A DNA stretch of 51,069 nt, from the NCBI GenBank assembly GCA_964612595.1, contig CAZTFB010000003.1, positions 98,272-149,340 on the forward strand, read 5' to 3'. Origin of the DNA: an uncultured Gammaproteobacteria bacterium (GTDB taxonomy: Bacteria; Patescibacteriota; Microgenomatia; UBA1406; HO2-37-13b). The notes below the pieces were generated by a model that saw only the letters and a program-made list of their open reading frames with translations, was not told the origin of the DNA and did not search any database. The translations under genes were made by a program, and so were the position numbers. This document shows, one piece after another, positions 36,975-45,304 of the stretch. The number at the start of each line of letters is the position of its first letter. The stretch's first letter is position 1.

Positions 36975-38210
36975 ATGAAATCCCTGCTGCTACGACTGTT
37001 TTTATTCGTGATATTTGCCGTTGTGTTGTTTTTCCTCATAGGCTTTGCCCGCGGATATCGTCTCGATTTTAAACAACAGACCTTCTCATCAACAGGCATA
37101 CTTGTTGCCTCATCCGCCCCAGATGGTGCAAAAATTCTCGTCAATGGCGAACTTAAGGGCGCAACCAACTCAAACATTAGCGTAAAACCTGGCGTATATG
37201 ACGTGGAAATAGCCCAAGATGGCTACCTTTCTTGGAAGAAACGCCTCACTATCAAAGGTGAACTTGTTATCAAAGCTGATGCATTACTCTTCCCTATTAA
37301 TCCTAGCCTTTCACCTTTAACATCATTCGGTGTCGTCAAGGCTGTTTCGACGAGAACACATGAAAAAACCATTATCTTTACGAATATGGACGACGCGGAA
37401 AAAGACGGTATCTATCTTATAGACAATAGAGACAATCCACTTGCCCGTATAAACGGCCAAAAACTTCTCGCCCTACAATCGATTTTTCCTGGAGACTACA
37501 CGTTTGAAAATACGGAGATTGAGTTTTCACCTAATGAAAAACAAATGCTTGTTTCCTTTACAGAAACAATCACACCTACGCCAACACTCCGCAATAAAAA
37601 ACCAGAACCGCAAACCACCATCAAAGCAATTTATCTTCTTTCAACAGATGATGTAACCCTCAGCCCGTTTGACGTCACCAATTCTGTTAATGCAATTCGT
37701 GAGGCTTGGAAAGCTGAAGAGATTGAAGTGCGAGGCAAGCTCATCGAAACGTTTAAAAAACCTATCGTCAAATCAAGCGCTGCATTTAATATCTTAGGAT
37801 TCTCGCCAGACGAAACAAAAATTCTCTACGTTGCAACACAAAGCGCCACCATTGAACAAGTGATAAAGCCGGCGCTCATAGCCTCAAATCAAACCCCTGA
37901 GGAGCGAACACTCACACCAGGCGCAGTATACATATATGACAAAAAAGAAGATAAAAACTTTAAAATTGCTGAGTCTTTTGAACCTGAGACACCACTTTTC
38001 TGGTATGTTGACTCCCAGCATGTCGTCATACGTCAGCCCGAAGGAATTGCGATTGTTGATTATGATGGTACAAACAAGCGCCTTGTCTATTCAGGACCCA
38101 TTCAGTCCGACTTTATTTCAACTACACGAGATGGCAAATTGTTAATTCTCACAAACTTCAATAGTTCGACACGAACGCTTCCCGATGTATACTCTGTGGG
38201 AATCCGTTAA
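36975..38210 (+). CDS. PEGA-domain membrane-anchored protein
   Basis: 411-aa ORF with an N-terminal TM helix. ILVASSAPDGAKILVNGELKGATNSNISVKPGVYDVEIAQDGYLSWKKRLTI is a PEGA-type beta-sandwich motif. TATAAT (36963-36968) lies 6 nt before the ATG. Confidence 0.7.
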   Translation: MKSLLLRLFLFVIFAVVLFFLIGFARGYRLDFKQQTFSSTGILVASSAPDGAKILVNGELKGATNSNISVKPGVYDVEIAQDGYLSWKKRLTIKGELVIKADALLFPINPSLSPLTSFGVVKAVSTRTHEKTIIFTNMDDAEKDGIYLIDNRDNPLARINGQKLLALQSIFPGDYTFENTEIEFSPNEKQMLVSFTETITPTPTLRNKKPEPQTTIKAIYLLSTDDVTLSPFDVTNSVNAIREAWKAEEIEVRGKLIETFKKPIVKSSAAFNILGFSPDETKILYVATQSATIEQVIKPALIASNQTPEERTLTPGAVYIYDKKEDKNFKIAESFEPETPLFWYVDSQHVVIRQPEGIAIVDYDGTNKRLVYSGPIQSDFISTTRDGKLLILTNFNSSTRTLPDVYSVGIR

Positions 38211-38235
38211 GACCATTTCTGTATAATAAAATCGT

Positions 38236-38952
38236 ATGATATCTGTCCCAAAGTCTATGTCTAATGGCGAGTTTTATCGTATTCTTGCCCTTCGTACGAT
38301 CGGAAATTTTTTAGTTATTTTTTCGATTTATATGATTAGTTGGGTTTTTTATAAACCTGCTATTGAGGAAGTTAAATATGCTTTTAATCAAATTGTGGGT
38401 AAAAAATATGTGCTTGCGGATGAAGCACCTGGATTTACTCAGCCAGAAAATAATGGTCCAAAGGGTCTCCTTGCCGATGCACTCAACATAAATAACGTTG
38501 AGGTTTTAGTGCCAAAAGACCCAAGTTTTTCGATTTTAGTCCCAAAATTAGGCGCAAATGCGAACATTGTTGCTAACGTGGATAGTTCGAATACAGAACA
38601 ATATCTCCCTGCACTTGAGGCTGGTGTCGCCCACGCAGCTGGCACAAAATTTCCCGGCGAGCGTGGCCACATTTATCTGTTCGCCCACTCAACAAACACG
38701 TTTAATAACGTAAGTCGCTATAATGCAATTTTTTACTTATTGTATAAACTCGAACCTGGAGATGAGGTCAATCTTTACTATCAGGGTGTACGACATAAAT
38801 ATAAGGTAACAGGTAAAGCAATCGTTGACCCTTCTGAGATTGAATACATTACACGAAAAACCGATACAGAATTTCTCACGCTTCAAACTTGTTGGCCCCC
38901 AGGAACGATTGCCCAACGTATGTTGATCTTTGCTGAGCCCTCTGTAAAGTAG
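38236..38952 (+). CDS. sortase-family transpeptidase
   Basis: 238-aa ORF with an N-terminal TM helix. Has HIYLFAHS (catalytic His region) and FLTLQTCWPPG (TLxTC catalytic Cys motif). Confidence 0.8.
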   Translation: MISVPKSMSNGEFYRILALRTIGNFLVIFSIYMISWVFYKPAIEEVKYAFNQIVGKKYVLADEAPGFTQPENNGPKGLLADALNINNVEVLVPKDPSFSILVPKLGANANIVANVDSSNTEQYLPALEAGVAHAAGTKFPGERGHIYLFAHSTNTFNNVSRYNAIFYLLYKLEPGDEVNLYYQGVRHKYKVTGKAIVDPSEIEYITRKTDTEFLTLQTCWPPGTIAQRMLIFAEPSVK

Positions 38953-38956
38953 AAAG

Positions 38957-38987
38957 TAGGACCAGGTCCTGTCAGGATCGCGCCCTG
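38957..38987 (+). repeat. REP-like element copy 1 (consensus TAGGACCAGGTCCTGTCAGGATCGCGCCCTG)
   Basis: Exact string taggaccaggtcctgtcaggatcgcgccctg. It contains the palindrome GGACCAGGTCC. Its 3' TG completes an extended -10 (TGTTATAAT) for aclB. Confidence 0.85.
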
Positions 38988-39001
38988 TTATAATATATGC
39001 C

Positions 39002-40183
39002 ATGTCACGAGTAAAAATTACTGAATTCAAGGCTAAATCAATTGTCCTCCCCCAGCTAGGTCAAAAATATACGGGAATACAAGTTAATACAACACTGCAT
39101 AACTGGAACCAAAAAGTAGCCACACTACCACCTTCACAAACATACGTAGTTAAAGTTGATCAAGGCGTAAAGAAACGTGCAAAAAATGGGCTACTTAAAC
39201 TGGATATAAGCTCAGACAAGGTTAAAAATGCTATTGAGTTGCTCGGAGCAAAAGGATTCACCTCATTTTTAGTTGAGCCATTCTCTGCCCATAAACAAAC
39301 TGAGGAGCGATATCTTGCCCTTCAAAGAGTTCGTGAAGGCGTAAAAATGTGGTTCCATAAGCAAGGAGGTATCGATATCGAAGAGACAAGCAAAGGTTCT
39401 CGTATAGAAGCATTCCTTGTTGATAAGGAGAGTGAGATTAAAAAAGCTTCTGAGGCTAGCATGATACCTTATGATATTCTTAAGTCATTGATTGATATAT
39501 TTAAAAAGGAGTATTTTGCGTTTTTAGAAATTAATCCTCTTTTAATAGCCAAAAATAAGTTGAGCTTACTTGACCTTGCTGTCGAAGTTGATAGTGCAGG
39601 TGATTATTTTGTCACATCGTGGCAAAAGAGCGATTTTGTTCAAAATAGTTCATCTTTTGTTGAACAAGCAAACGTTGCAGAGCTCTCTAAGAAAAGTCCT
39701 TCGTCTTTTAGTCTTGAGGTTTTAAATAAGGATGGCGGAATTTGGATGCTCCTCTCTGGTGGAGGCGCGAGCCTTGTGATTGCGGACGAATATTACAATC
39801 TTGGAAAAGGTGCACTCATTGGAAACTATGGTGAATATAGCGGAGCGCCGAACGCAGATGAAACGTATGAGTATGCGAAACAAATTATCTCGTTATTATT
39901 AAAGAGTAAGGCGAAGAAAAAGATTTTACTGATTGCAGGGGGCGTTGCCAATTTTACAGACGTAAGTATAACATTTAGAGGAATTGTGAGAGCGCTGGGA
40001 GAACGCTTAGATCAACTCAAGGCTCAAAAGGTTGCAGTGTATGTCAGACGTGGTGGTCCTCAACAGGAAAAAGGGTTGACGTTGATGCGCGACTTTGTTT
40101 CAAAGTCCCAACTCGGAGGATATATCTCTGGCCCTACATTGAGCTTAGATGAAATTGTTAAGAAATCATTAGATTCACTATGA
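39002..40183 (+). CDS. aclB: ATP-citrate lyase, beta (ATP-grasp, SucC-like) subunit
   Basis: 393-aa ORF colinear with the N-terminal part of eukaryotic ACLY. Matches: VVKVDQGVKKRAKNGLL, FLVEPF, FAFLEINPL, LDLAVEVDSAGDY, IWMLLSGGGASLVIAD, GNYGEYSGAPNADETYEYAKQII, IAGGVANFTDV, VYVRRGGPQQEKGL. Confidence 0.85.
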   Translation: MSRVKITEFKAKSIVLPQLGQKYTGIQVNTTLHNWNQKVATLPPSQTYVVKVDQGVKKRAKNGLLKLDISSDKVKNAIELLGAKGFTSFLVEPFSAHKQTEERYLALQRVREGVKMWFHKQGGIDIEETSKGSRIEAFLVDKESEIKKASEASMIPYDILKSLIDIFKKEYFAFLEINPLLIAKNKLSLLDLAVEVDSAGDYFVTSWQKSDFVQNSSSFVEQANVAELSKKSPSSFSLEVLNKDGGIWMLLSGGGASLVIADEYYNLGKGALIGNYGEYSGAPNADETYEYAKQIISLLLKSKAKKKILLIAGGVANFTDVSITFRGIVRALGERLDQLKAQKVAVYVRRGGPQQEKGLTLMRDFVSKSQLGGYISGPTLSLDEIVKKSLDSL

Positions 40184-41970
40184 GTATTAAACAACTATTA
40201 GACGACACGAAGCTAAACAAGACACGGTCTTGTATTATCATCGGCAATCATCCACCGATCATTCAGTCTATGCTCGACTTTGACTATATGATCGGCCGAA
40301 ATGAGCCTTCTATTAAGGCCATCATTGCAGGTGGGCGTAAATTTGAGCGTTACTTTTTTGGCGAACGCGAGATTGCGATCCCGGTATATGGAAGTGGGCG
40401 CGATCTTTTTAGGACCAGGTCCTGGAAGGATCGCGCCCTGTTCCTGAATGTAAGCTCGGGTAGGCGTGTTTTAGCTTCGACGATTGAGCTGCTTGAAAAC
40501 GTTCCGAACATAGAAGGCGGCGTGTTGTTCGCCGAAAATATGCCGGAACAACACGCCACAGATCTTATTACGTATGCAAAAGCAAAGGATGTGTGGATTA
40601 TTGGCCCTGCTAGTGTGGGTCTTTTGGTGCCGGGCAAGCTAAAGCTCGGCGCGATTGCGGGCGTCGATTATGCACAACTAAAAAGCGCCCGCGCTGCAAC
40701 ACGCGGCAATGTTGCCGTTTTTTCAGCCTCAGGTGGCATGACCAATGAACTTATCTGGAATGTAACAAAGGCTGGTCATGCCCTGTCAATTGCATTGCAT
40801 TTTGGCGGCGATCGTTTCCCCATCTTCTCCCCTGCCGAAGCATTTCTTATTGCCGAAGCTGATAAAGCTACCGAATATATCGTTTATTATGGTGAACTCG
40901 GTGGAGATGACGAATATGAACTCGTTCGCCTTAAAAAAGAGGGCACACTGACAAAACCTGTATTCGCATGCATTGCAGGAACTATTTCAGATCTTTTTGA
41001 AGAACCTCCACAGTTTGGACACGCAAAAGCAATGGCAAAAACCCAAGGTGAATCTGCCCAAGCAAAGCGAACTGCGCTGCGAGAAGCAGGCATTTATACG
41101 CCAGATACATTTGCAGAATTCCTCGCATTGCTTGATACTATTCCTATGCAAAAACATACAGATCATGATGAAATTGAGCTCGGCACTCGCAAAAAATCCC
41201 TCTTTATGAGCTCAATTTCACGCGAGAAAGATGGCAAAGTTGAAGTTCTCGGTACTGACCTGACTGAGCTAAGTTCCTCCACATCATTTGCAGAACTGCT
41301 CATTTCGATGTTTTTGGGTACTAAAATTCAATCCAAGGAAGTTGTCGCGTTCGTTGATACTGTGCTCAAATTACTCATAGATCATGGCCCGCATGTGTCG
41401 GGCGTCGTTAATACAATGATTACAGCACGCGCTGGTAGAGATATGGTCTCATCTTTAGCATCTGGCATCTTAACCATCGGTCCCCGCTTTGGCGGGGCAA
41501 TAAACGAAGCGGCACACAACTGGTTTTCTGCGGTTGAAAACGGCGTGCCGGCCGAAGATTTTGTCGAATCCTTCGCGGCAAAAAAACAATACATCTCCGG
41601 GATTGGCCATAAAAAATATCGTACTGACAATCCCGACCCTCGAGTAGCCAAACTTCTCACGTTCGTTGAGGGTCTCAATAAGAAAAAATACACCACATTT
41701 GCACAACAGGTAGAGGCTATTACCACAGACAAAAGAGCCAACCTGATCCTTAATCTGGACGGTGCGGTTGCAGCAATCATGCTTGATCTTCTTGCTGAAA
41801 AAGAAGGATTTACACCTGAAAAACTTAAGGAATGCATCGACACAGAATTTTTTAATGCGCTTTTCATTTTCCCCCGCTCGGCTGGTTTTATAGCACATTA
41901 TCTTGACCAAAAGCGCCTTGATGAAGGCCTCTTCCGCCTCCCCGACGACGAAGTCATGTTTGCAGAGTAG
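40180..41970 (+). CDS. aclA: ATP-citrate lyase, alpha (CoA-binding plus citrate-synthase-like) subunit
   Basis: 596-aa ORF. Matches ACLY: MLDFDYM, IIGPASVGLLVPGKLKLG, SASGGMTNE, the phosphohistidine loop QFGHAKAMA, DHGPHVSGVVNTMITARAGRDMVSSLASGILTIGPRFGGA, GIGHKKYRTDNPDPR, FPRSAGFIAHYLDQKRLDEGLFR. Confidence 0.88.
   Translation: MSIKQLLDDTKLNKTRSCIIIGNHPPIIQSMLDFDYMIGRNEPSIKAIIAGGRKFERYFFGEREIAIPVYGSGRDLFRTRSWKDRALFLNVSSGRRVLASTIELLENVPNIEGGVLFAENMPEQHATDLITYAKAKDVWIIGPASVGLLVPGKLKLGAIAGVDYAQLKSARAATRGNVAVFSASGGMTNELIWNVTKAGHALSIALHFGGDRFPIFSPAEAFLIAEADKATEYIVYYGELGGDDEYELVRLKKEGTLTKPVFACIAGTISDLFEEPPQFGHAKAMAKTQGESAQAKRTALREAGIYTPDTFAEFLALLDTIPMQKHTDHDEIELGTRKKSLFMSSISREKDGKVEVLGTDLTELSSSTSFAELLISMFLGTKIQSKEVVAFVDTVLKLLIDHGPHVSGVVNTMITARAGRDMVSSLASGILTIGPRFGGAINEAAHNWFSAVENGVPAEDFVESFAAKKQYISGIGHKKYRTDNPDPRVAKLLTFVEGLNKKKYTTFAQQVEAITTDKRANLILNLDGAVAAIMLDLLAEKEGFTPEKLKECIDTEFFNALFIFPRSAGFIAHYLDQKRLDEGLFRLPDDEVMFAE
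40410..40440 (+). repeat. REP-like element copy 2, in frame inside aclA
   Basis: taggaccaggtcctggaaggatcgcgccctg differs from the consensus at 2 positions. It is translated as (F)RTRSWKDRAL. An inverted partial copy GGGCGCGATC (40396-40405) pairs with GATCGCGCCC (40429-40438). Confidence 0.8.
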
Positions 41971-41995
41971 GACCAGGTCCTGTCAGGTTCGCGCC
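41968..41995 (+). repeat. REP-like element copy 3 (left flank of the RAYT gene)
   Basis: taggaccaggtcctgtcaggttcgcgcc, one mismatch to the consensus. Its TAG is the aclA stop codon. The RAYT stop (TGA, minus strand, 41983-41985) lies inside it. Confidence 0.85.
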
Positions 41996-42561
41996 TTTTT
42001 TAGCCAAGGTATTTTTCCGTTCAATCCTTTCGCACTTGACCAGGGATACTCCTTTGGCGCATTTTGATAGCTCTTTAAACTTGCCGGATTCTCGTGAATG
42101 TAGCCTGTCACAATCTGAAAATACGCTTCGTTTTTTACAATAATTGCTTTATACCTACCCTGAAATAGGTGGCCAACATACTTATATTTGAGCGAGTAGT
42201 ACATAGAATATCTAGTAAGTAACGACTTCATAAATCTCTGCATACTTGTAATTCTCGATTGTTCAAGTAGAAAGTGAAAATGATTTGGCATCAAACAATA
42301 TGCATATAAGCATATCTCTTCAGCGTAATTCTTTATACGAGAAGCTCTGGTTATCAAGCGTTGAAGTTGTTGCGAATTATACCCATTATTAGATAAGTAT
42401 GACAGAAGCTGACTTGATGGAATTAAATACAACATCATACACTCAGTAAAATATCGATAGTCATCAGGAGAATGGAAAATCACTGCTTTATTTACTCCCC
42501 TATTGAAAACGTGATAGATTCCGCCAGCAACGTATTGTTTCCTCTCGTGTTTTGGGGGCAT
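41983..42561 (-). mobile_element. IS200-like Y1 (HUH) transposase of the REP-associated tyrosine transposase (RAYT) type
   Basis: 192-aa ORF. GIYHVFNRGVNKAVIF, the HUH motif in CLMPNHFHFLLE, and the catalytic Tyr region GHLFQGRYKAIIV. It is flanked by inverted REP copies 3 and 4, the classical REP-RAYT arrangement. Confidence 0.8.
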
Positions 42562-42608
42562 AGAATACTAGGATAAAGTATGAAGATTAAATTATTCTGA
42601 ACACGTTG

Positions 42609-42638
42609 AGGGCGCGATCCTGACAGGACCTGGTCCTA
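42609..42638 (-). repeat. REP-like element copy 4 (right flank of the RAYT gene, inverted)
   Basis: agggcgcgatcctgacaggacctggtccta is the reverse complement of the consensus. Its terminal CTA (42636-42638) is the TAG stop of the oxidoreductase beta gene. Confidence 0.85.
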
Positions 42639-43490
42639 AATGAATTCCTTAGTTATTTCCACAAAGTCAATAAATCTTTCTCTGTCAACCAGCTGTTTTT
42701 CTTCGAGTTGTGGCAACTGATCTGTATACGTCGGGCGATTGTTCTCATATATAACGCCAATGGGAAATTTTTCCTCCTGTGTTGACTGCAGAGCACGCTC
42801 CATAGCTATCTTAAAATTCGTAGGGTCATAGCCCTCTTCAAGATCGTATGCCTTATCTCGATAATATTCATACGTATTTATCTTGTTAAACGTCACGCAC
42901 GGCTGCAGAACATTCACTAATGAAAATCCCTTATGCGCCAATCCCTTTTTTATGAGATCGATCAGCTGCAGCGCATTTCCCGCGAAGCCTTGTGCAACAA
43001 AACTTGCGCCCTGACTTAAAGTAAGCGCTAACGGATTCAGGGGCGCATCAAGCGTTCCAGACGGCGTAGATTTCGATTTTTGGCCTGATTGTGAGCGAGG
43101 CGATACTTGACCCGTTGTAAGCCCGTAAACGCCGTTATCGTGGACTACAACGGTAATATCGTGGTTTCCACGGCACGCATGGAGTATATGATTGCCGCCC
43201 TCGCCATAACAATCACCATCACCCACAATGCAAATGACTGGCATAGTATGTTGGGCCATCTTCATGCCGATTGCTTGGGGCAATGCGCGTCCGTGTAAAC
43301 TATGAAATCCATACGCGTGGAGGACGTCATTCATATTCCCAGAACACCCTATCCCAAAAGCCACCATAATATCCCAAGGATGATAGCCAAGATCAACAAA
43401 CGCACGCTTTATACTTGCCCCAATAGCCCAGTCTCCGCAACCCGGACACCAGGTTGGTGTGTTGCCGTTAAATTCTTCGAGTGTTGACAT
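42636..43490 (-). CDS. 2-oxoacid:ferredoxin oxidoreductase, beta (TPP-binding) subunit
   Basis: Start set at ATG 43490 (MSTLEEFNGNTPTWCPGCGD...). The 24 upstream codons in the ORF track (…RRDPDRTWSY) are a translation of REP copy 5. Motifs: GIGCSG, IVGDGDCYGEGGNH, VHDNGVYGLTTGQ. Confidence 0.85.
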   Translation of the reverse strand: MSTLEEFNGNTPTWCPGCGDWAIGASIKRAFVDLGYHPWDIMVAFGIGCSGNMNDVLHAYGFHSLHGRALPQAIGMKMAQHTMPVICIVGDGDCYGEGGNHILHACRGNHDITVVVHDNGVYGLTTGQVSPRSQSGQKSKSTPSGTLDAPLNPLALTLSQGASFVAQGFAGNALQLIDLIKKGLAHKGFSLVNVLQPCVTFNKINTYEYYRDKAYDLEEGYDPTNFKIAMERALQSTQEEKFPIGVIYENNRPTYTDQLPQLEEKQLVDRERFIDFVEITKEFI

Positions 43491-43491
43491 A

Positions 43492-43519
43492 TAGGACCAG
43501 GTCCTGTCAGGATCGCGCC
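43492..43519 (+). repeat. REP-like element copy 5, between the oxidoreductase alpha and beta genes
   Basis: taggaccaggtcctgtcaggatcgcgcc. The alpha-subunit ORF ends inside it (…ARS*, TGA at 43507-43509 on the minus strand). The beta-subunit ATG is 1 nt from its end. Confidence 0.85.
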
Positions 43520-45240
43520 TTAACGAAATTAATAATCTCCTCAACGAAAAACTGGCGACCATCGTATTTTAGTAGTTTTTCTTTTATATCAATGCCTGTT
43601 TCTTGTCGCAAGAGCCGACCAAACTGGCCGCGGCTATTATTTTCGACTAAGATGTAGCGGCCTTTATGTTTAAATAGCGGAGCGATTGCTTCTACATTGA
43701 GCGGAAACACATGCGTAAAATGAATCATAGCAACCTTTTTTTTCTCGCCTTCCAAGTACTCCATCGCATCCAAAATCACCCCTTTGTTACTCCCCCATGT
43801 GACAAAAATATCATCGGCCTCCTCAAGATTTCCATATGTTTGAGCCGCTTTAAAATGGGTTTTTAGATATGTCTCATTTTTGCGATCGCGCTTTTCTACC
43901 TGCGACTTCCTATTCTCAGCTCCTTCAAACGAATGTCCATACTCGTCGTGTTCATACGAATTAGTTTGATAATGCTTACCTTCTTGGCCTGGAATTAGCA
44001 TAGGCGAAATGCCATCATCGGTTAGTTTGTAGCGCAAATACGCCTCATCTTCGACGCTTCGCACAATCTTTCCACGCTCAATTTCGAAGCTTTTTGAGAA
44101 AAGATCAAAAGCCATCTTTGACGTCGACCAATAACTTTCAGAAAGATGTTTATCGCTCATAACAATCACGGGCGTTTGATATATATCTGCAAGATTAAAG
44201 GCTTCGGCGGATAAATGATACATTTCTTCTACATCTCCCGGTGCAAGAATTATTTTAGGGAACTCACCATGGCCAGAATGGACCGCATAGAGCAAATCTC
44301 CCTGCTCGGTCCATGTCGGGAGACCCGTAGCTGGACCAGGTCGCTGACTCAAAAATATAACGAGCGGCACTTCGGCAATGCCGGCGAGCGAAACGGCCTC
44401 ATTCATAAGGGCAAATCCGCCGCCCGAAGTGCCGCAGGCCGCCCTAGCTCCTGCGAAACTTCCCCCGATCGCAGTCATAATGACCGAAATTTCATCTTCT
44501 GCATGGCGCACGATCATGCCCGTCGTGCTGGCCCAACTTGCCAATCGCTCAATAACTGTAGATGACGGCGTCATAGGATATGCGACATAGAGACGGCAAT
44601 CTCCTGTTACTGCGCCAAGAGAAAACGCATCATTGCCTGTCATAACCATTTGAGGCTCTGCAACAGCCCTTGGTAAGAAGTCTGTAATAATTTCTTCCTT
44701 CGCATTTTTCAGAACATGATCGTATCCCGCTTGTGCCAAACTTTTATTCATTGCCACAACTTCTTCCCCTTTATCGCCAAAAGCTTGCTCGATCATATCG
44801 AATAGGTCCTGGATACGCCATTGCAACAAAGCGATCGACGCGCCAACAGCGACTGTATTCATCATAACGGTGGAACCCTTAAGATCACGCACAATCTTTT
44901 TAATCGGGACTTCTATACTGTGCGCTGGCGGTTGAAAATCAGCGGGAAACAACTCTTTATCATAAATAATGCGACTCTCGGAGGTAAGGCGATCCTTGTG
45001 GAAGGTATAGGTGTCGGGATTGAGACATACTAGAACATCGATATAGTTTTTCGATGATCGAACTTTCTTTGGAGAAATATGTATTTCGAACGTATTATGC
45101 CCGCCTCGAATAAGTGATGGATACTCCGCATACGAGGCGGTATTGTACCCTGCTTTTGTGGCAAGCTTTGAGAAATCGACACCAACGGTCATAATACCAA
45201 ATCCCGCTTCACCGCCGATTTTCCACAAAAGCGTGTCCAT
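43507..45240 (-). CDS. 2-oxoacid:ferredoxin oxidoreductase, alpha subunit (gamma-alpha fusion type)
   Basis: 577-aa ORF. N-terminal gamma-like domain (KIGGEAGFGIMTVG...EYPSLIRGGHNTF) followed by the alpha domain (MTGNDAFSLGAVTGDCRLYVAYPMTPSS, CGTSGGGFALMNEAVSLAG). Confidence 0.85.
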   Translation of the reverse strand: MDTLLWKIGGEAGFGIMTVGVDFSKLATKAGYNTASYAEYPSLIRGGHNTFEIHISPKKVRSSKNYIDVLVCLNPDTYTFHKDRLTSESRIIYDKELFPADFQPPAHSIEVPIKKIVRDLKGSTVMMNTVAVGASIALLQWRIQDLFDMIEQAFGDKGEEVVAMNKSLAQAGYDHVLKNAKEEIITDFLPRAVAEPQMVMTGNDAFSLGAVTGDCRLYVAYPMTPSSTVIERLASWASTTGMIVRHAEDEISVIMTAIGGSFAGARAACGTSGGGFALMNEAVSLAGIAEVPLVIFLSQRPGPATGLPTWTEQGDLLYAVHSGHGEFPKIILAPGDVEEMYHLSAEAFNLADIYQTPVIVMSDKHLSESYWSTSKMAFDLFSKSFEIERGKIVRSVEDEAYLRYKLTDDGISPMLIPGQEGKHYQTNSYEHDEYGHSFEGAENRKSQVEKRDRKNETYLKTHFKAAQTYGNLEEADDIFVTWGSNKGVILDAMEYLEGEKKKVAMIHFTHVFPLNVEAIAPLFKHKGRYILVENNSRGQFGRLLRQETGIDIKEKLLKYDGRQFFVEEIINFVKARS

Positions 45241-45273
45241 ACATTAAGAATAACACAAGGCACGATGCAGAAG

Positions 45274-45304
45274 AAGACCTGGTCTTGTTTAGGATCGTGC
45301 CGTG
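45274..45304 (+). repeat. variant REP-like element copy 6
   Basis: aagacctggtcttgtttaggatcgtgccgtg aligns with the consensus (AGACCTGGTCT for GGACCAGGTCC; AGGATCGTGCC for AGGATCGCGCC). An inverted partial copy GGCACGAT lies at 45259-45266. It supplies the last codons and stop (ARS*) of the amidohydrolase. Confidence 0.7.

Noticed and set aside
43491-43562. N-terminal 24-codon extension of the oxidoreductase beta subunit (MVASFSLRRLLISLRRDPDRTWSY)
   Set aside because: It is a translation of REP copy 5 and of the alpha-subunit 3' end. The conserved beta N-terminus (…TWCPGCGD) starts right after ATG 43490. The same RDPDRTWSY artefact appears in the spurious ORF 38737..39030.
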